DNA of 64,000 nucleotides from NCBI GenBank assembly GCA_023334545.1, contig JAADVB010000020.1:62001-126000 (forward strand), read 5' to 3'. The notes under the pieces are model-generated. The model searched no databases and had not been told where the DNA came from. It saw only the letters and a program-made list of their open reading frames with translations. The DNA is from Salisapilia sapeloensis CBS 127946. Taxonomy: Eukaryota > Protista > Oomycota. Every line of letters starts with the position of its first letter. The first letter of the stretch is position 1. Below are positions 40,516 to 51,776 of this stretch, piece by piece. A program made the position numbers and the translations under genes.

Positions 40516-41844
40516 CTAGTTCTTTTCATGCTTTTGGAAATGGTGCTTGAGGGACGGGAGGTTGGCATACTGTGCCATCAATCGTTCAAAAACTGCTTGT
40601 CCATCCGACTGGATGAACACGCGATAGAACCAAGGTACGCCCCGGATCATCAGCCGATTATCATGTCGGAATGGGTTCGAAGGCTCTTTCCATTCAGGAT
40701 ACGAGCTCGATGTCTCAACCAGCACCAAGTGCGCATTCGCCGGTGCGTAGGCATAGAACCCATACTCCATCGGTAATTCAGATGACCGACAGTAAGGACA
40801 CCACGGTCGTTCGTTCTGAGGCATTTTACCAGAAACGAAATACATAAAGAGAGGCGGCGCAGCTGTGCCCATATTCTGATACTCGCTCGTGATTTCCATG
40901 TACCCGTCGTATCCGACAACCTTTCGGATCTTCTTTCCTTCGATCTTTTCTGGTTTGATCAACGGATCGACCATATCTTCATTGTGGAAAAGGTATCGAA
41001 GTAGACGTTCTTGAAGAATGTCTTCTTGGATAAGCATGTTCGTCGTCACTCCTTTTCCTTCCCACTTTAGAAACGACGGAACGGACTTTAAACGAAGATC
41101 CCAATCGGCATGGAAAGGATTTTCAAAATTCCAAAAGTGTTCTGATCCAGTGCGTACAATCACCAGACGATTGTACGTCGGAGATTTATCTAATGTGTTC
41201 GTGACGATCGAGTTTGCAAAAGCACAGGCTGGATTCCAACTGTCATCTTCGTATTTCTCATTGCAGCAAGTGAATAGAAGGAATAAGCGTTCATTCGGAC
41301 TTGCGTTCGCGTCATACTTTCGAAGGAACTTAAGGAGTTCAGCATGACCATTGATCGTCTGGTGTCGAGGAGCAAAGTATGACTCAGGTTCAGCTGGAGT
41401 CTCTGTTGTGTTTGCAACTGGCTTTCGAGTCGTCTTATTCACTTGTGGAGCAGGAGATGATGACACTGGTTGCTCCGTCAAAACTACTGCAGACTCCGTC
41501 GCGTTGTAGTCAGAGCTCTCCATGGAGCTGCCGACCTCTGCTGCTGGAAGAGGTGTAGGATCAAGTGACATTGGCATCGAAGGCACAATAGTATTAGCCT
41601 TTTGGTCTGCTTCCATGCCTCTCAATCGCTGGGCATCCTGCGCTAGCTCTGCATTGGCCAGAGCGTCTGGATCGGCAGGAGCGCCAGCCCCGACGGCATT
41701 CGCACCATTGTCCATGGCACCTGACCACAAATTATATTGGACAAGGAGAAGCATGGACAATAGGAACCCAACAGCGACAAAGGTGAGTCTCCACTGCGTC
41801 CATAACCCGGAGCTAGGTCGATTCCGAGGACGTCTGCTCCCCAT
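40516..41844 (-). CDS. Type II membrane protein with two TRP14/TXNDC17 (DUF953) thioredoxin-like domains (sites WNPAC and WCPYC)
   Basis: N-terminal TM helix, Pro/Thr/Ser stalk, two repeats of the F..F......W(C)PxC...W....NPF......+..VP pattern. Confidence 0.85.
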   Translation of the reverse strand: MGSRRPRNRPSSGLWTQWRLTFVAVGFLLSMLLLVQYNLWSGAMDNGANAVGAGAPADPDALANAELAQDAQRLRGMEADQKANTIVPSMPMSLDPTPLPAAEVGSSMESSDYNATESAVVLTEQPVSSSPAPQVNKTTRKPVANTTETPAEPESYFAPRHQTINGHAELLKFLRKYDANASPNERLFLLFTCCNEKYEDDSWNPACAFANSIVTNTLDKSPTYNRLVIVRTGSEHFWNFENPFHADWDLRLKSVPSFLKWEGKGVTTNMLIQEDILQERLLRYLFHNEDMVDPLIKPEKIEGKKIRKVVGYDGYMEITSEYQNMGTAAPPLFMYFVSGKMPQNERPWCPYCRSSELPMEYGFYAYAPANAHLVLVETSSSYPEWKEPSNPFRHDNRLMIRGVPWFYRVFIQSDGQAVFERLMAQYANLPSLKHHFQKHEKN

Positions 41845-41914
41845 TCTGACGAAGTGATTTCAAAAGTGACACGGATTACGTAATCGAAGATGACAACGAA
41901 GCGAGTACATTTTT

Positions 41915-42919
41915 CTAGTTCTGTGGGTATCCAGGTCCGCCGGCAAAATATGCTCGCATGAATGCATGATCTGCAAAGTCTGGCAGGAACTCTTCCCACG
42001 TAAGTCTACTATCCTTGCTGTCCTTGCTAATTCGTCCGAGCCACGGGACACCTTTGAATTGAATGTAATTGTCTTGGAAGGCCGGTTGCTTAAGAGGATG
42101 TTTCTTCTTCTTCCACTTTTTGTATGTCGGTGCTACAACACCATGCAAGAGGACGGCGTTGTCCGGTGCAGAAGTATTGAAAAAGTGGTCGATGGCAATA
42201 TGTGCCTGGTCACAATAGCGGCACCATAGTCGGCCATTGAATTTGTGATGGCCGGAAATGAAAAACATATACAGAGGATAGGAGCCATCGTAGTTGTCCA
42301 AGTACGCCATGATTTCCTCTGGTGTATGCAGTTCCACGATCTGATTATTTTTTGCAGGTGGACCGGATGGATTCGGCACACGGAAGACATAGTCCAGCAG
42401 CTCGTCATTCAGCGTGTACTTCTCCGAGAGCATTTCACTGGTATTTCCGCCACCATCGTAGCGCATCAAGGATGGAATATTGTCAATGTAGAAGAGTTGG
42501 TTCTGACGGAAGCTATTCTGCATATTCGCCCACTCTCGTTCTGGACCAATACGGATTTCAACGATGTGAGAACCATTTGGAGCTCGAGCAAAGCCATCGT
42601 AGATCGGCTTTTTCGCACGCTCACAGTCGCGACACCAATATTTATGATTCTCATTGGCGTCACTCATGAAAAGAATGTACAGAGGACCATTCCTCTTCAC
42701 ATCATACTCCTTCACAAAGTCATAGCCTTCCTGAAAGCCCTGTACTACGACTCTCTCCTGCATAAGCTGTTGCTGAACTCGAGATTTAAAAGCCGAGTGC
42801 TCCACCTCATTCGACTCCATGCTCACTTCAAAGAACTGATACATGTAGACAAGAGAGAACAAGATAGTTGCAGCCAATGCAAGTTGCATCACGCGCGTCG
42901 AGCTCACACTTCCCTCCAT
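41915..42919 (-). CDS. Paralogous type II membrane protein with two TRP14/TXNDC17 domains (WCRDC, WCRYC)
   Basis: ATG at 42919, signal-anchor LALAATILFSLVYMYQFF, two DUF953-like repeats. Confidence 0.85.
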   Translation of the reverse strand: MEGSVSSTRVMQLALAATILFSLVYMYQFFEVSMESNEVEHSAFKSRVQQQLMQERVVVQGFQEGYDFVKEYDVKRNGPLYILFMSDANENHKYWCRDCERAKKPIYDGFARAPNGSHIVEIRIGPEREWANMQNSFRQNQLFYIDNIPSLMRYDGGGNTSEMLSEKYTLNDELLDYVFRVPNPSGPPAKNNQIVELHTPEEIMAYLDNYDGSYPLYMFFISGHHKFNGRLWCRYCDQAHIAIDHFFNTSAPDNAVLLHGVVAPTYKKWKKKKHPLKQPAFQDNYIQFKGVPWLGRISKDSKDSRLTWEEFLPDFADHAFMRAYFAGGPGYPQN

Positions 42920-43076
42920 CCTCGTCCGAGCTGCTTGACTATGATGTGCTTTTGGATCGACTAAAGCTTTTGATTGGCTGCGTCTGATCTCTATCTGACG
43001 TGATTTCCATATAAAATGCCACAACAAGCAAAGAAAAGAATTTGGAAATAAAGAATTGGTATGCAAGCGTCTGTAT

Positions 43077-44114
43077 TTATTCGTCGCCCCCGGCAAAGAC
43101 GTCCGCGAACTGGTCTTCCGGCATCACCCGCTCCTCCTTTCGCTCTTCACGTTCCACTTCTGCGGACTTGCGAGCGACATATCGCTGACGCTTACCTAGT
43201 TTGGCATTCCGTCGAACTTCATTCGGCGATTCGTACTGCGGGTTCTGATACAACGTCTGTCCTCCAAAGCTACCGTCAAAGATCCGAATAGGCGACAGGA
43301 CGAATCGTGGTCCGATTTCAATCAGCTGGACCGGGTCCTCTCCTTTATGCAGCGCCGCTTTCTCCACCTTCTTGGACTCGGCTGCGTCCGCCAATTGGTA
43401 GTTGCGGACCCAAATCTTGTTGTCAGCATAGTAGAAGCTCATGACACGGTCGATGAAAGGCTTGCTTTTCGGATGGCCTTTCGGTGTGCCCCAGACCTGG
43501 ATGAAGAGCTGTTTGAGCAACTGGAGGTGAGGCTTGTTGTCGAAAGCGTTGTCGAATGTGAGAAGTGGACGAGAGCCATGCAATGCGTTACCAGTAAGCT
43601 TGAGCTCATCCATCGTGTGGACTAGATAGAAAGTGTTTAGTACTATTGCTTGTAGGAAATTGGAATATAGATGGACATACCGTTTTGCACAAGGAATTTC
43701 ACGGATGGACCTGTACCAACGCGACTGATCCACATGTATAAGTCCTGTCGACGACGAGCCTCGAGAAAGATGGCCGTGTTACAGCCCTTCACTTCTGCGA
43801 TTTCATTCACGACATGCAGCGTATCCTTCGCATCCAACTATACGAAAACCATCAGCACAATTGCAATTTACTTCGTTGAATAGATGCAATACCTTGACAT
43901 CACGTTTGTGGTGCGGCAAAAGCTTTCGCAAGTCGTCCATCAAGTGACGATAGCGCGTCGTAATACCTCGAGACGAAAACACAAGCACACGCTGCTTGTT
44001 CACGTAGCCTTTCATCGGCTCAGCTCCATCAAAGGTGAGTGCCGACTCGGTCACCTTGGCCTTCTTCTCCTGCCCTTGCTCCTCTTGCTCCCGACGTCGC
44101 TTCACTACGGCCAT
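43077..44114 (-). CDS. BRX1: Ribosome biogenesis protein BRX1 (Brix domain), 3 exons
   Basis: KQRVLVFSSRGIT...LLPHHKRDVK|LD...GPSVKFLVQN|VHTMDELKLTGN...EIGPRFVL; introns 43892-43838 and 43680-43622. Confidence 0.95.
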
Positions 44115-44273
44115 CTCGACTTAATGTGAGAATCGTTGGTTGGCTGGCGAGGCTATGCTGGTGTTCGTAACGGTTATTCTTAACATTTTCAAACGGCCAA
44201 CTGGTCATCGTCAGCCACGTCGTATGTTACATCAGACGCTGGCTAGTGCACCGAGTAAGACAAACGAACGAGA

Positions 44274-46022
44274 ATGTGGACGCCAGAGGTACTGAAGAAG
44301 AGGAGTGCATCGAATACGGACTCGCCTCGTAAGAAAATGGATGTGAAAGGATGGTGGAAACGATCCATGTCTGTTCAGTCGGCGCCGATGAGCCCACCTG
44401 CATCAACCACACCGCAGCCTAAAGCCAAAACTTATAGAAACACAGCAGACGGTCGTGGATGCTTGCCAGACTACTCACATGTGAGTGTGGAAGATGACAA
44501 GTCCCTCGAATATGCGTGGAAGCACGTACAATTGCTCGCCACGGAGGAGCGAGTGTTCTCCGCTGCGATCCTTTTGGACCGTATCGAAAGCTATGTCGAG
44601 CAGACACAGTCTACGACCGCTCAAGACACGGTATCGATACGCACTGTCGAGGCAGAAATGAGCCAAAAGGAAGAAACGCTAATAAATATAAAGAAAAGAA
44701 GAGATGCTGGTGTGGTCGCTATGGAGGATTTTAATGGTGACGACACCGAAGCTGGTTGGCAACTTGGACAAACCTACGCTGGCGTATCCACCTACTGGAA
44801 ACCTGGTGACAGTGGTACAGTATGGCTAAAGCTTGACGGGATGGTGGAAGGAGTAGATATCTTCAATACCCTCGCTGTTGTCCGAGAAACTGATCTCTTT
44901 CATCTCTGGGTACCTCTGTGCAGTACCGCACAGCTGCTTCAACTGCGTAGCTACGTCGAAGTTATCACATACATCGGTCTGTCCCTACCGATGATGCCTC
45001 GAGACGCACTGATCCATGCGTACGGTATTAACGCATGCTTTGAATGTGGATGCATCCTGCTACTAGGTGGATCAGTTGATGACTCCAAACTAGATGATCA
45101 TATCAAGGTACCAAAGATGAAAGGCTGGGGTGGAGACCGTGCTGAGATTCGTGGCTTCCGAGCACTCATTGAGCCAATGACACGCACGTCGTCTCGAACA
45201 TGCATCGTGACGAACTTGGATTTGAAATGTGCTATCCCCAAGTCGATGATTAACTATGGTATCAAGAAAGTCGCTGGCATCCTGTTGTATCTACTACGCC
45301 GAGAAGCCGAGAAGATTGAAAAGGCGCAGCAGGATCAATCGCGTAACGAGCATTTACGGCGTATTGAATCCGATCCGAGCGGATTCTACTCGTGGATCCG
45401 ACCATTGCTCGATGTGTGGTTCGTAGCAAAGAACAATGGGATGTCACCTCCTCAGCTATCGATCGATACGCTACGAGGTAACAGTTCTTCCTACATCCAG
45501 TCTAGTGATGAACGAGATTCGATCTCTCTTCGTGAAGCAAAGATCAAGACAGAGGAGGAAGAGATCCAGCAACTTGGATTGTTGTATCGATGGACACAGA
45601 GGCTCCAGTCGACGATACTCTGGCCATACCTCTTGCTACTCGTGTTCATTGGTGTAGATGAACATACCTGGGTCTGGGATATATGTATTCGTAAACTATT
45701 TTTCACATGCGCATGCACGTGGCTAGCAGTCCCTCCCGTCCTCGCTCATGATCAACATCATACGTACGCTGACTTTGTCTCCATCCGAAGAAAAGCTCTC
45801 GTCTTCGCTGCTGTATGGGACATTCTAACGTCTTGGTTTGCTCGAATGTGGGCGCACTACCTCGTCTGCTTTGCTCGGAATTTTTTCCAAGGAGTAACTA
45901 CTTGTTGGCAACGAACGAATGCCGAAGTCACCGATACCGAACAGTTCACTCTCCTCACAGGAGCTGTCCTATATGCCAGTGTCGTCGTCGCTGTGCTCAT
46001 CGCCACAAAGCCTCGCAAGTAG
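44274..46022 (+). CDS. START/SRPBCC-like lipid-binding domain protein with C-terminal TM segments
   Basis: WQLGQTYAGVSTYWK...LAVVRETDLFHLWVPLC...PRDALIHAYG...IPKSMINYGIKK; hydrophobic helices in the last about 130 aa. Confidence 0.65.
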   Translation: MWTPEVLKKRSASNTDSPRKKMDVKGWWKRSMSVQSAPMSPPASTTPQPKAKTYRNTADGRGCLPDYSHVSVEDDKSLEYAWKHVQLLATEERVFSAAILLDRIESYVEQTQSTTAQDTVSIRTVEAEMSQKEETLINIKKRRDAGVVAMEDFNGDDTEAGWQLGQTYAGVSTYWKPGDSGTVWLKLDGMVEGVDIFNTLAVVRETDLFHLWVPLCSTAQLLQLRSYVEVITYIGLSLPMMPRDALIHAYGINACFECGCILLLGGSVDDSKLDDHIKVPKMKGWGGDRAEIRGFRALIEPMTRTSSRTCIVTNLDLKCAIPKSMINYGIKKVAGILLYLLRREAEKIEKAQQDQSRNEHLRRIESDPSGFYSWIRPLLDVWFVAKNNGMSPPQLSIDTLRGNSSSYIQSSDERDSISLREAKIKTEEEEIQQLGLLYRWTQRLQSTILWPYLLLLVFIGVDEHTWVWDICIRKLFFTCACTWLAVPPVLAHDQHHTYADFVSIRRKALVFAAVWDILTSWFARMWAHYLVCFARNFFQGVTTCWQRTNAEVTDTEQFTLLTGAVLYASVVVAVLIATKPRK

Positions 46023-46126
46023 AGCTACTCGATCCTTTCTAGATAAACTATAGGAAGACTATAGTTTGCAGAAAGATGTAAATTACATTAACACGTACCC
46101 ATTTGACACTCTCGTCGAGTCCAAGC

Positions 46127-48520
46127 ATGGCGCCACGGACGACAGATCTGCAGCAAGTCATTTTGAAGAAAGATGAGATGATTATGCAGCTTCAGACGCA
46201 ATTATCTGCATATGAACGACGATATGGACCTCTCCCGGACGGATGGGACGCACCATCGCCCACTAAAGACAGGAAAAAGCCGTCTGATCCGGATAAAACC
46301 AAGACAAAGTGGGGGAAGATGGGTAGACGGTCTTCTAAATCCTCTCGTGAAGCTAGTAAAGACAAAGAGGAAGGTTCTAGGTCTTTACCACGGCAGAATG
46401 CGTTCACACCAGCACCGGAGCGACCTTCTAGTGGTTCTATAACGAGCAATCGGGAAACTCGTGCTAGTAGCAGTGACAAGAAAGAGGAGATGACTTCTCC
46501 TACGAATGTCGTTTATGGGAAGACCGTCGTACTAGACTTTACCGAGGACTCTCCTATGTTTAGACAACAGATTGATGCGTTCGAAGAATCGATCGGAGGT
46601 CTTCGTACGATGCTCAAGGAGCTTTTAGGTCGTACGAAAGAATACGTCACTGCCGGATCGAAATACGCAGAGGAAGAGGCATCCTTTGCGAATGAGCTTA
46701 CCGATCACAAGTACGCTCGTGCGCTTTTCACCACCACTTGTCCTGAACTCGATAGCCTTGCATCTTTATTCAAACATACGCATGACTTGTTAAAGCAGTT
46801 GGAAGGTTCACGAGAGAGTTTATTCCTCAGTATGGACAGCTCGATCCAGCATTCCATTGGAAAGCTTTCGGAAGACGACATTCGAGACATTAGCGACTTT
46901 CGCAGTCGAGTATCCAAGCTCTCGGACGACTATGAAGCTGGATTAGGCAAGTTGCTAGGTAAAGTCCGTACAACAAGTGGCAGTGGAGGGAACGGCCTGT
47001 CAAATACTACACCTCAGGATCAACAGAAGAGAGGTCCGATGTCCGACACGTTCTCTCCGTCGAATGGGAGTCCAGCGCATCACTCGTCAGACGACATCAC
47101 GTCTATCGCAACGTCATCATCTACGAAAGCGTTAGAAAAGGAAGTTTTGCAACTACGAAGACGCTTTGAAATGGCTCGATTCGACCTCGTTCGATACTTA
47201 AATCGAGTCGAATGTCAGAAGAAACTGAAACTAGTGGAAGGCATCGACTCTGTTCTACATGCCTACTTGACACACTTCCACGTATGTTACGATCTACTGA
47301 AAAAGGCAGAACCAGCATTGAATGAACGACAGCAGATACTTCAAAAGTGTCGACAAGACTTTGAATTAGATGAAAAGATGTGGGAGCAGCAAAGAGCGCT
47401 TTTAGATGATAAATTACAGAGAGATGTAGATACAAGCACTAGTGCAAGCACACTGCCCGAGACTTTCCGTCTACCGATTCATATCGTCGCACATGATTCG
47501 CGACAGTCTCATCATAATGCATCAGGAAGTGTGTCCAAGCAAGGCTACTTGTTCGTTCGTAATACCATGTTTCCAGCACGAAGTTGGAAGCGTCGGTGGT
47601 GTCAGATCCATGCTGGAAAGTTGTATCAGAACCGTGGAAAGCATTTAGAGCTGACGCTCATGTGTGACCTCATGCTATCTCGAGTACGTGAAACGTCCTC
47701 TTCCAACCTACCTTTTTGCTTCGAGGTCATTGATCCGAATAAATCCAAATACTTGCTTCAAGCCACAAGTGATAGGGACAGAGCTGAATGGATTGATGCT
47801 GCTCGTCGCAGCACGGAGAGCATGCTCGAGCAGCAGTCTCTTCGGAAGATGGTACACCCCGACCAGCGTCAGGTGGTACAGGAGCTATTAGATGCAAATC
47901 CTGAATGTGCAGATTGTGGTAACACACCTGCTGAGTGGGTTTCCACCAACATCGGATGTCTTCTTTGTATCGAATGCTCTGGTATTCATCGCAGTCTTGG
48001 TGTCCAAGTGTCGAAAGTGAGGTCATTGACACTCGATTCGTGGGACATGTCACTCCTTGTACTCTTAAAAGACCATCTTGGCAACAAGGTTGTGAATGAA
48101 GTGTGGGAGCAGACGGTACCAAAGGATGCTGTGAAACCAACTCCAGAGTCTTCTAGACAAGAGAAGACCAAATGGATTACAGACAAGTATCACATTCAAG
48201 GGTTCTCGACGGAGTCTCAGTCGACGCAATCGGATGCCACGTCTGAATTGCTACAAGCCGTGGAAGAGGGAAGTGTAAAGCAGATTATGTGGGCAGTCGC
48301 GCATGGTGTTGATGTGAATGCACGCAATGACCGGTTGGAAACAGCGCTGCATATTGCTGCTCGACACGGAAAGAATGCCTGTTGCGAATATCTTCTAGCG
48401 AATGGTGCAGATTCACATGCTGCTGATATCCGTGGGAAGTTTCCATCGAATGCAGCGAAAGAAGGTGGATTTGATGACTTGAGTCTTCTGCTACGACAAC
48501 ATGGCGAGCAACAGACATAA
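46127..48520 (+). CDS. ArfGAP with BAR, PH and ankyrin domains (ACAP/centaurin-beta-like)
   Basis: EDSPMFR (BAR start), SKQGYLF...WKRRW (PH), CADC...WVSTNIGCLLCIECSGIHRSLG..SKVRSLTLD (ArfGAP), ETALHIAA (ankyrin). Confidence 0.93.
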   Translation: MAPRTTDLQQVILKKDEMIMQLQTQLSAYERRYGPLPDGWDAPSPTKDRKKPSDPDKTKTKWGKMGRRSSKSSREASKDKEEGSRSLPRQNAFTPAPERPSSGSITSNRETRASSSDKKEEMTSPTNVVYGKTVVLDFTEDSPMFRQQIDAFEESIGGLRTMLKELLGRTKEYVTAGSKYAEEEASFANELTDHKYARALFTTTCPELDSLASLFKHTHDLLKQLEGSRESLFLSMDSSIQHSIGKLSEDDIRDISDFRSRVSKLSDDYEAGLGKLLGKVRTTSGSGGNGLSNTTPQDQQKRGPMSDTFSPSNGSPAHHSSDDITSIATSSSTKALEKEVLQLRRRFEMARFDLVRYLNRVECQKKLKLVEGIDSVLHAYLTHFHVCYDLLKKAEPALNERQQILQKCRQDFELDEKMWEQQRALLDDKLQRDVDTSTSASTLPETFRLPIHIVAHDSRQSHHNASGSVSKQGYLFVRNTMFPARSWKRRWCQIHAGKLYQNRGKHLELTLMCDLMLSRVRETSSSNLPFCFEVIDPNKSKYLLQATSDRDRAEWIDAARRSTESMLEQQSLRKMVHPDQRQVVQELLDANPECADCGNTPAEWVSTNIGCLLCIECSGIHRSLGVQVSKVRSLTLDSWDMSLLVLLKDHLGNKVVNEVWEQTVPKDAVKPTPESSRQEKTKWITDKYHIQGFSTESQSTQSDATSELLQAVEEGSVKQIMWAVAHGVDVNARNDRLETALHIAARHGKNACCEYLLANGADSHAADIRGKFPSNAAKEGGFDDLSLLLRQHGEQQT

Positions 48521-48597
48521 ACAATTGAATGCAAATTTCATGCAAGTACTGATTCAAGGAGTTAATATAGTTTATCGCTAGTGACACAAAGATTAGA

Positions 48598-51500
48598 TTA
48601 GCCCGATGGAAGGACTTTGCTGTTTGTAGCTTTTCCGGCACGAGGTGTTGAAACCTGCTGTGGTGTCGGTGGCATCTCGGCGGAAGAAATGGGTTGTCGT
48701 GATCGTGGGGTTTCATCCCGATTTGAAGGTAATGCCTCATCATCGACATTTGGCACAATACAAACATCCTTCGTGTTGTCTTCATGAAAACTGACGACAC
48801 TACTCCCTCGCTCTCTGGAAGCGAGTGGAGGCAAAGTTAAAGGTACTTCTAGTAAAAAGCTTTTCATTGGTGCTTTCTCAGGCGCTTGAGAGCTTTGAGC
48901 CGCTTTTTCATTCGAAGTATCGATGCCTATATCGGGTCGAGCAGGCATGACACGAAAGACATCATCATCATTTCTAACCGCGTAGACTTCATCCTCCTCT
49001 AAGTTCTCCAAGTCACTGGTTTTACCTCGCTCTACGGTATTGTCATCCGTCTCCTCGAGTATCTTGGCATCACTATCATTAAGATCTGTACTCGAGAAAA
49101 CACCATCCGCTTCAGCCTTTTGCTTCTTTGCTTTCTCTCGTACATTAATCATAAATTCAACAAACTCCACGACATCAATCTGCCCACTGCCATCCTCATC
49201 CACAACGTCCATCATCTCTCGAAGCTCTGCATGCGTAGGGTGCTTTCCAATTGCAGCCAAACCAATACGAAGCTCTGCTTCCTCGACCGATCCACTGTTA
49301 TCCAGATCAAGTAATCGAAAGACCTTCATAAAGGATGCAACGACCTCTGGATCGATATTCTTACGCTCACGAAGGTCTTCCACACGTTGTATCAACCGTT
49401 TCTCGGCTTCCATCTCTTGCGTTGCTTCCTCCATACTTGTGGTGACCACACCAATGAAGAGCGTGATGAGTACCATACCACCTAAGACGATGAAGGCAAG
49501 AAAGTAGACGATCGCCAGCCAGGTGCCTCCGTCTTTTCCGCAATCGTAACCAAGATCCCGGTACTTTTGATACCCGACGTAATTTTCGCATCCGTAGAAG
49601 TTGATATAAAGCGTATCTGTCCAGCTATCCATTGTCGAGAGTTGGAACAGTGTGATCATAGCATAGTGTAGATATTTAAAGTGGAAAGGATCATTGTCGG
49701 CGAAAAGCATATTGCCAATGATGCCAAACACGTAGAAACACAGCAAGAGAATGAGTCCAATGTAACCAATAGAGCTGACACCTTTCATCAGAGCTGAGAC
49801 AATCACCTGGAGTTGTGGAAATGCTCTCACAAGCTTCAAGACTCGAAGTAGTCGAAGCAGTCGAAGCATCGTGAGCATACCTCCAGATCCTTTTGTAAAA
49901 CTACCAATGACGATGATAAAGTCGAATGTGTTCCATCCTGAGCGAAAGAATGTCCATGGGGCGACACCTTCGGCAACAAGCTTTAGCACTACTTCAGTTG
50001 TGAACACGACCAAAATCGCTGTGTCAATCACATTCAATACGACTGCCACAGCCTCACTAGTGGTTTCAATTGTCTGCAGTCCGACCATAATACCTGCGAG
50101 GACAATGACGCCAGTGATAAACATAGAAAAATGTGGATTCTCTACTAGCTTTCCAGCAGCATTCGACACTAACAAGTACCGGCCTCTTAAGGACGAGTGA
50201 TCTCCCTTCTCCTGTATCAATAAGTCATTCAAGTCGTAGTCTCCCCACGTTTGTCTCAACACTTCCTGCATCTTCATCTGATCTCTCTTCTCCGCAGCCG
50301 ACATATTCTTTGGCTTTAGTTCCTGTTCTTCTTTCTTCATAGTATGACCACCTGACCGCTTTGCTGCGGCTGCCTCTTTCTTCTGGGCTTCAATTGCTCG
50401 TCGTTTGACCTTATCGAGACGTGCTTTTCGTTCCACTTCTTCCTGATTCACCTTCATTTGTTCCATGCTTTGAGTCATACTCATCGTGATAGCACCAATG
50501 AAGAGAGAGAGCATGACGAAGGCCGAGATGAGTACAAAGGTAATGAAAAAGAGCACAGCAAGGACACTGTTCATGACGCGTTGAGTTTCGATACTGGAGA
50601 TAGGGGTATCAGCACCGTAGACGGCAGTGACGTTGCAATATTGATTGTAAATGGCATCGTCCGGGTTGCTCGTGTAGAAACCACCGTTAAAGCGGTCACA
50701 TCCAAAGTAGTTGATATTCATGATCTACACATCCATTAATTTACATGAGTATCCGTACGACAAGTATAGCACATGGATAGGAAGACGTACGTTGGACCAG
50801 TTCTCAAGTGTAGACATGCGAAAGAGTGTGATCATAGCGATGGGGACGTTTCGAAAATGGAACGGATCATTGTCCTGCCACGCATACATGCCAGAGACTG
50901 CATATAAATAAAAAACGAGGAAGAGGAGCAAAAGGATGTATCCGATGGACTTGACGCCTCCAATGAGACCCATAATGATCATGTAGAGCTGCGGCACTCG
51001 TTTGACCAATTTCATTATTCGCAGTAATCGAAAGAGCCGAAGGATGGCAATGTTTCCACCGCCAAGGGCGGATCCCCACATCGGTAGGCTCATGATAATG
51101 ATGGCAAAGTCAAAATTGTTCCAGTGCATCTCTGGACCGATGAAATATCGGAACGGAACCAGACCTTCTGCAAGGATTTTTAAGAGGCATTCAAGGATGA
51201 AGACTGTCAGCACGATATAATCCAAGACATTGAGCACGACATTGTCAGAAAGCTCTGGATACGTTTGTAGACCAACGGAGATACTGGCCCAACAAATACT
51301 AAGCATGACGCTTGAGTTAAACCATTGAGCATTAAGTGCATTGATGGCGAGATTGCAGAGCTGAATATACCGCCGTGCAGTTCCTTGTAGCCCTTTCGTA
51401 CTGAATTTATAGATCCGGTCACTATCCTCATCCTCATCGCCTTCGCCAACGTTGCCAATTTCCTTCGGAACTTGCATCTGCGCTACCGACATCGACATTC

Positions 51501-51672
51501 TCGCACCAATGCCGCGCATTTGACTACTTAATTGCGATACCGAAGATTGCTTGGACAAGGTAGAAGCTACCGGCATGCTCGGAGCACTTACCCCATGCCC
51601 CTCATGGGCAGTAACTTGGGCATCATGGAGCCTCCGCTGCACGGCTCCTCGAGCAGCGATCATCCCAGCCAT
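48598..51672 (-). CDS. Two-repeat (2x6TM) voltage-gated cation channel with C-terminal EF-hand pair, 2 exons
   Basis: Intron 50790-50725 joins ..TLENWSN|IMNINYFGC... S4-I ILRLFRLLRIMKLVKR, S4-II MLRLLRLLRVLKLVRA; pores STLENW and STMDSW; EF-hands DLDNSGSVEEAE and DEDGSGQIDVVE. Confidence 0.9.
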
Positions 51673-51776
51673 GTTGCAAAATCAAGTAGCAATAGGAGCG
51701 GCGAAACAATTAGGAGACGAGAGAACTAGGGCAGCACACCAAGCTGATAGTTACAGATGAAAATATTCGTCCTCAC

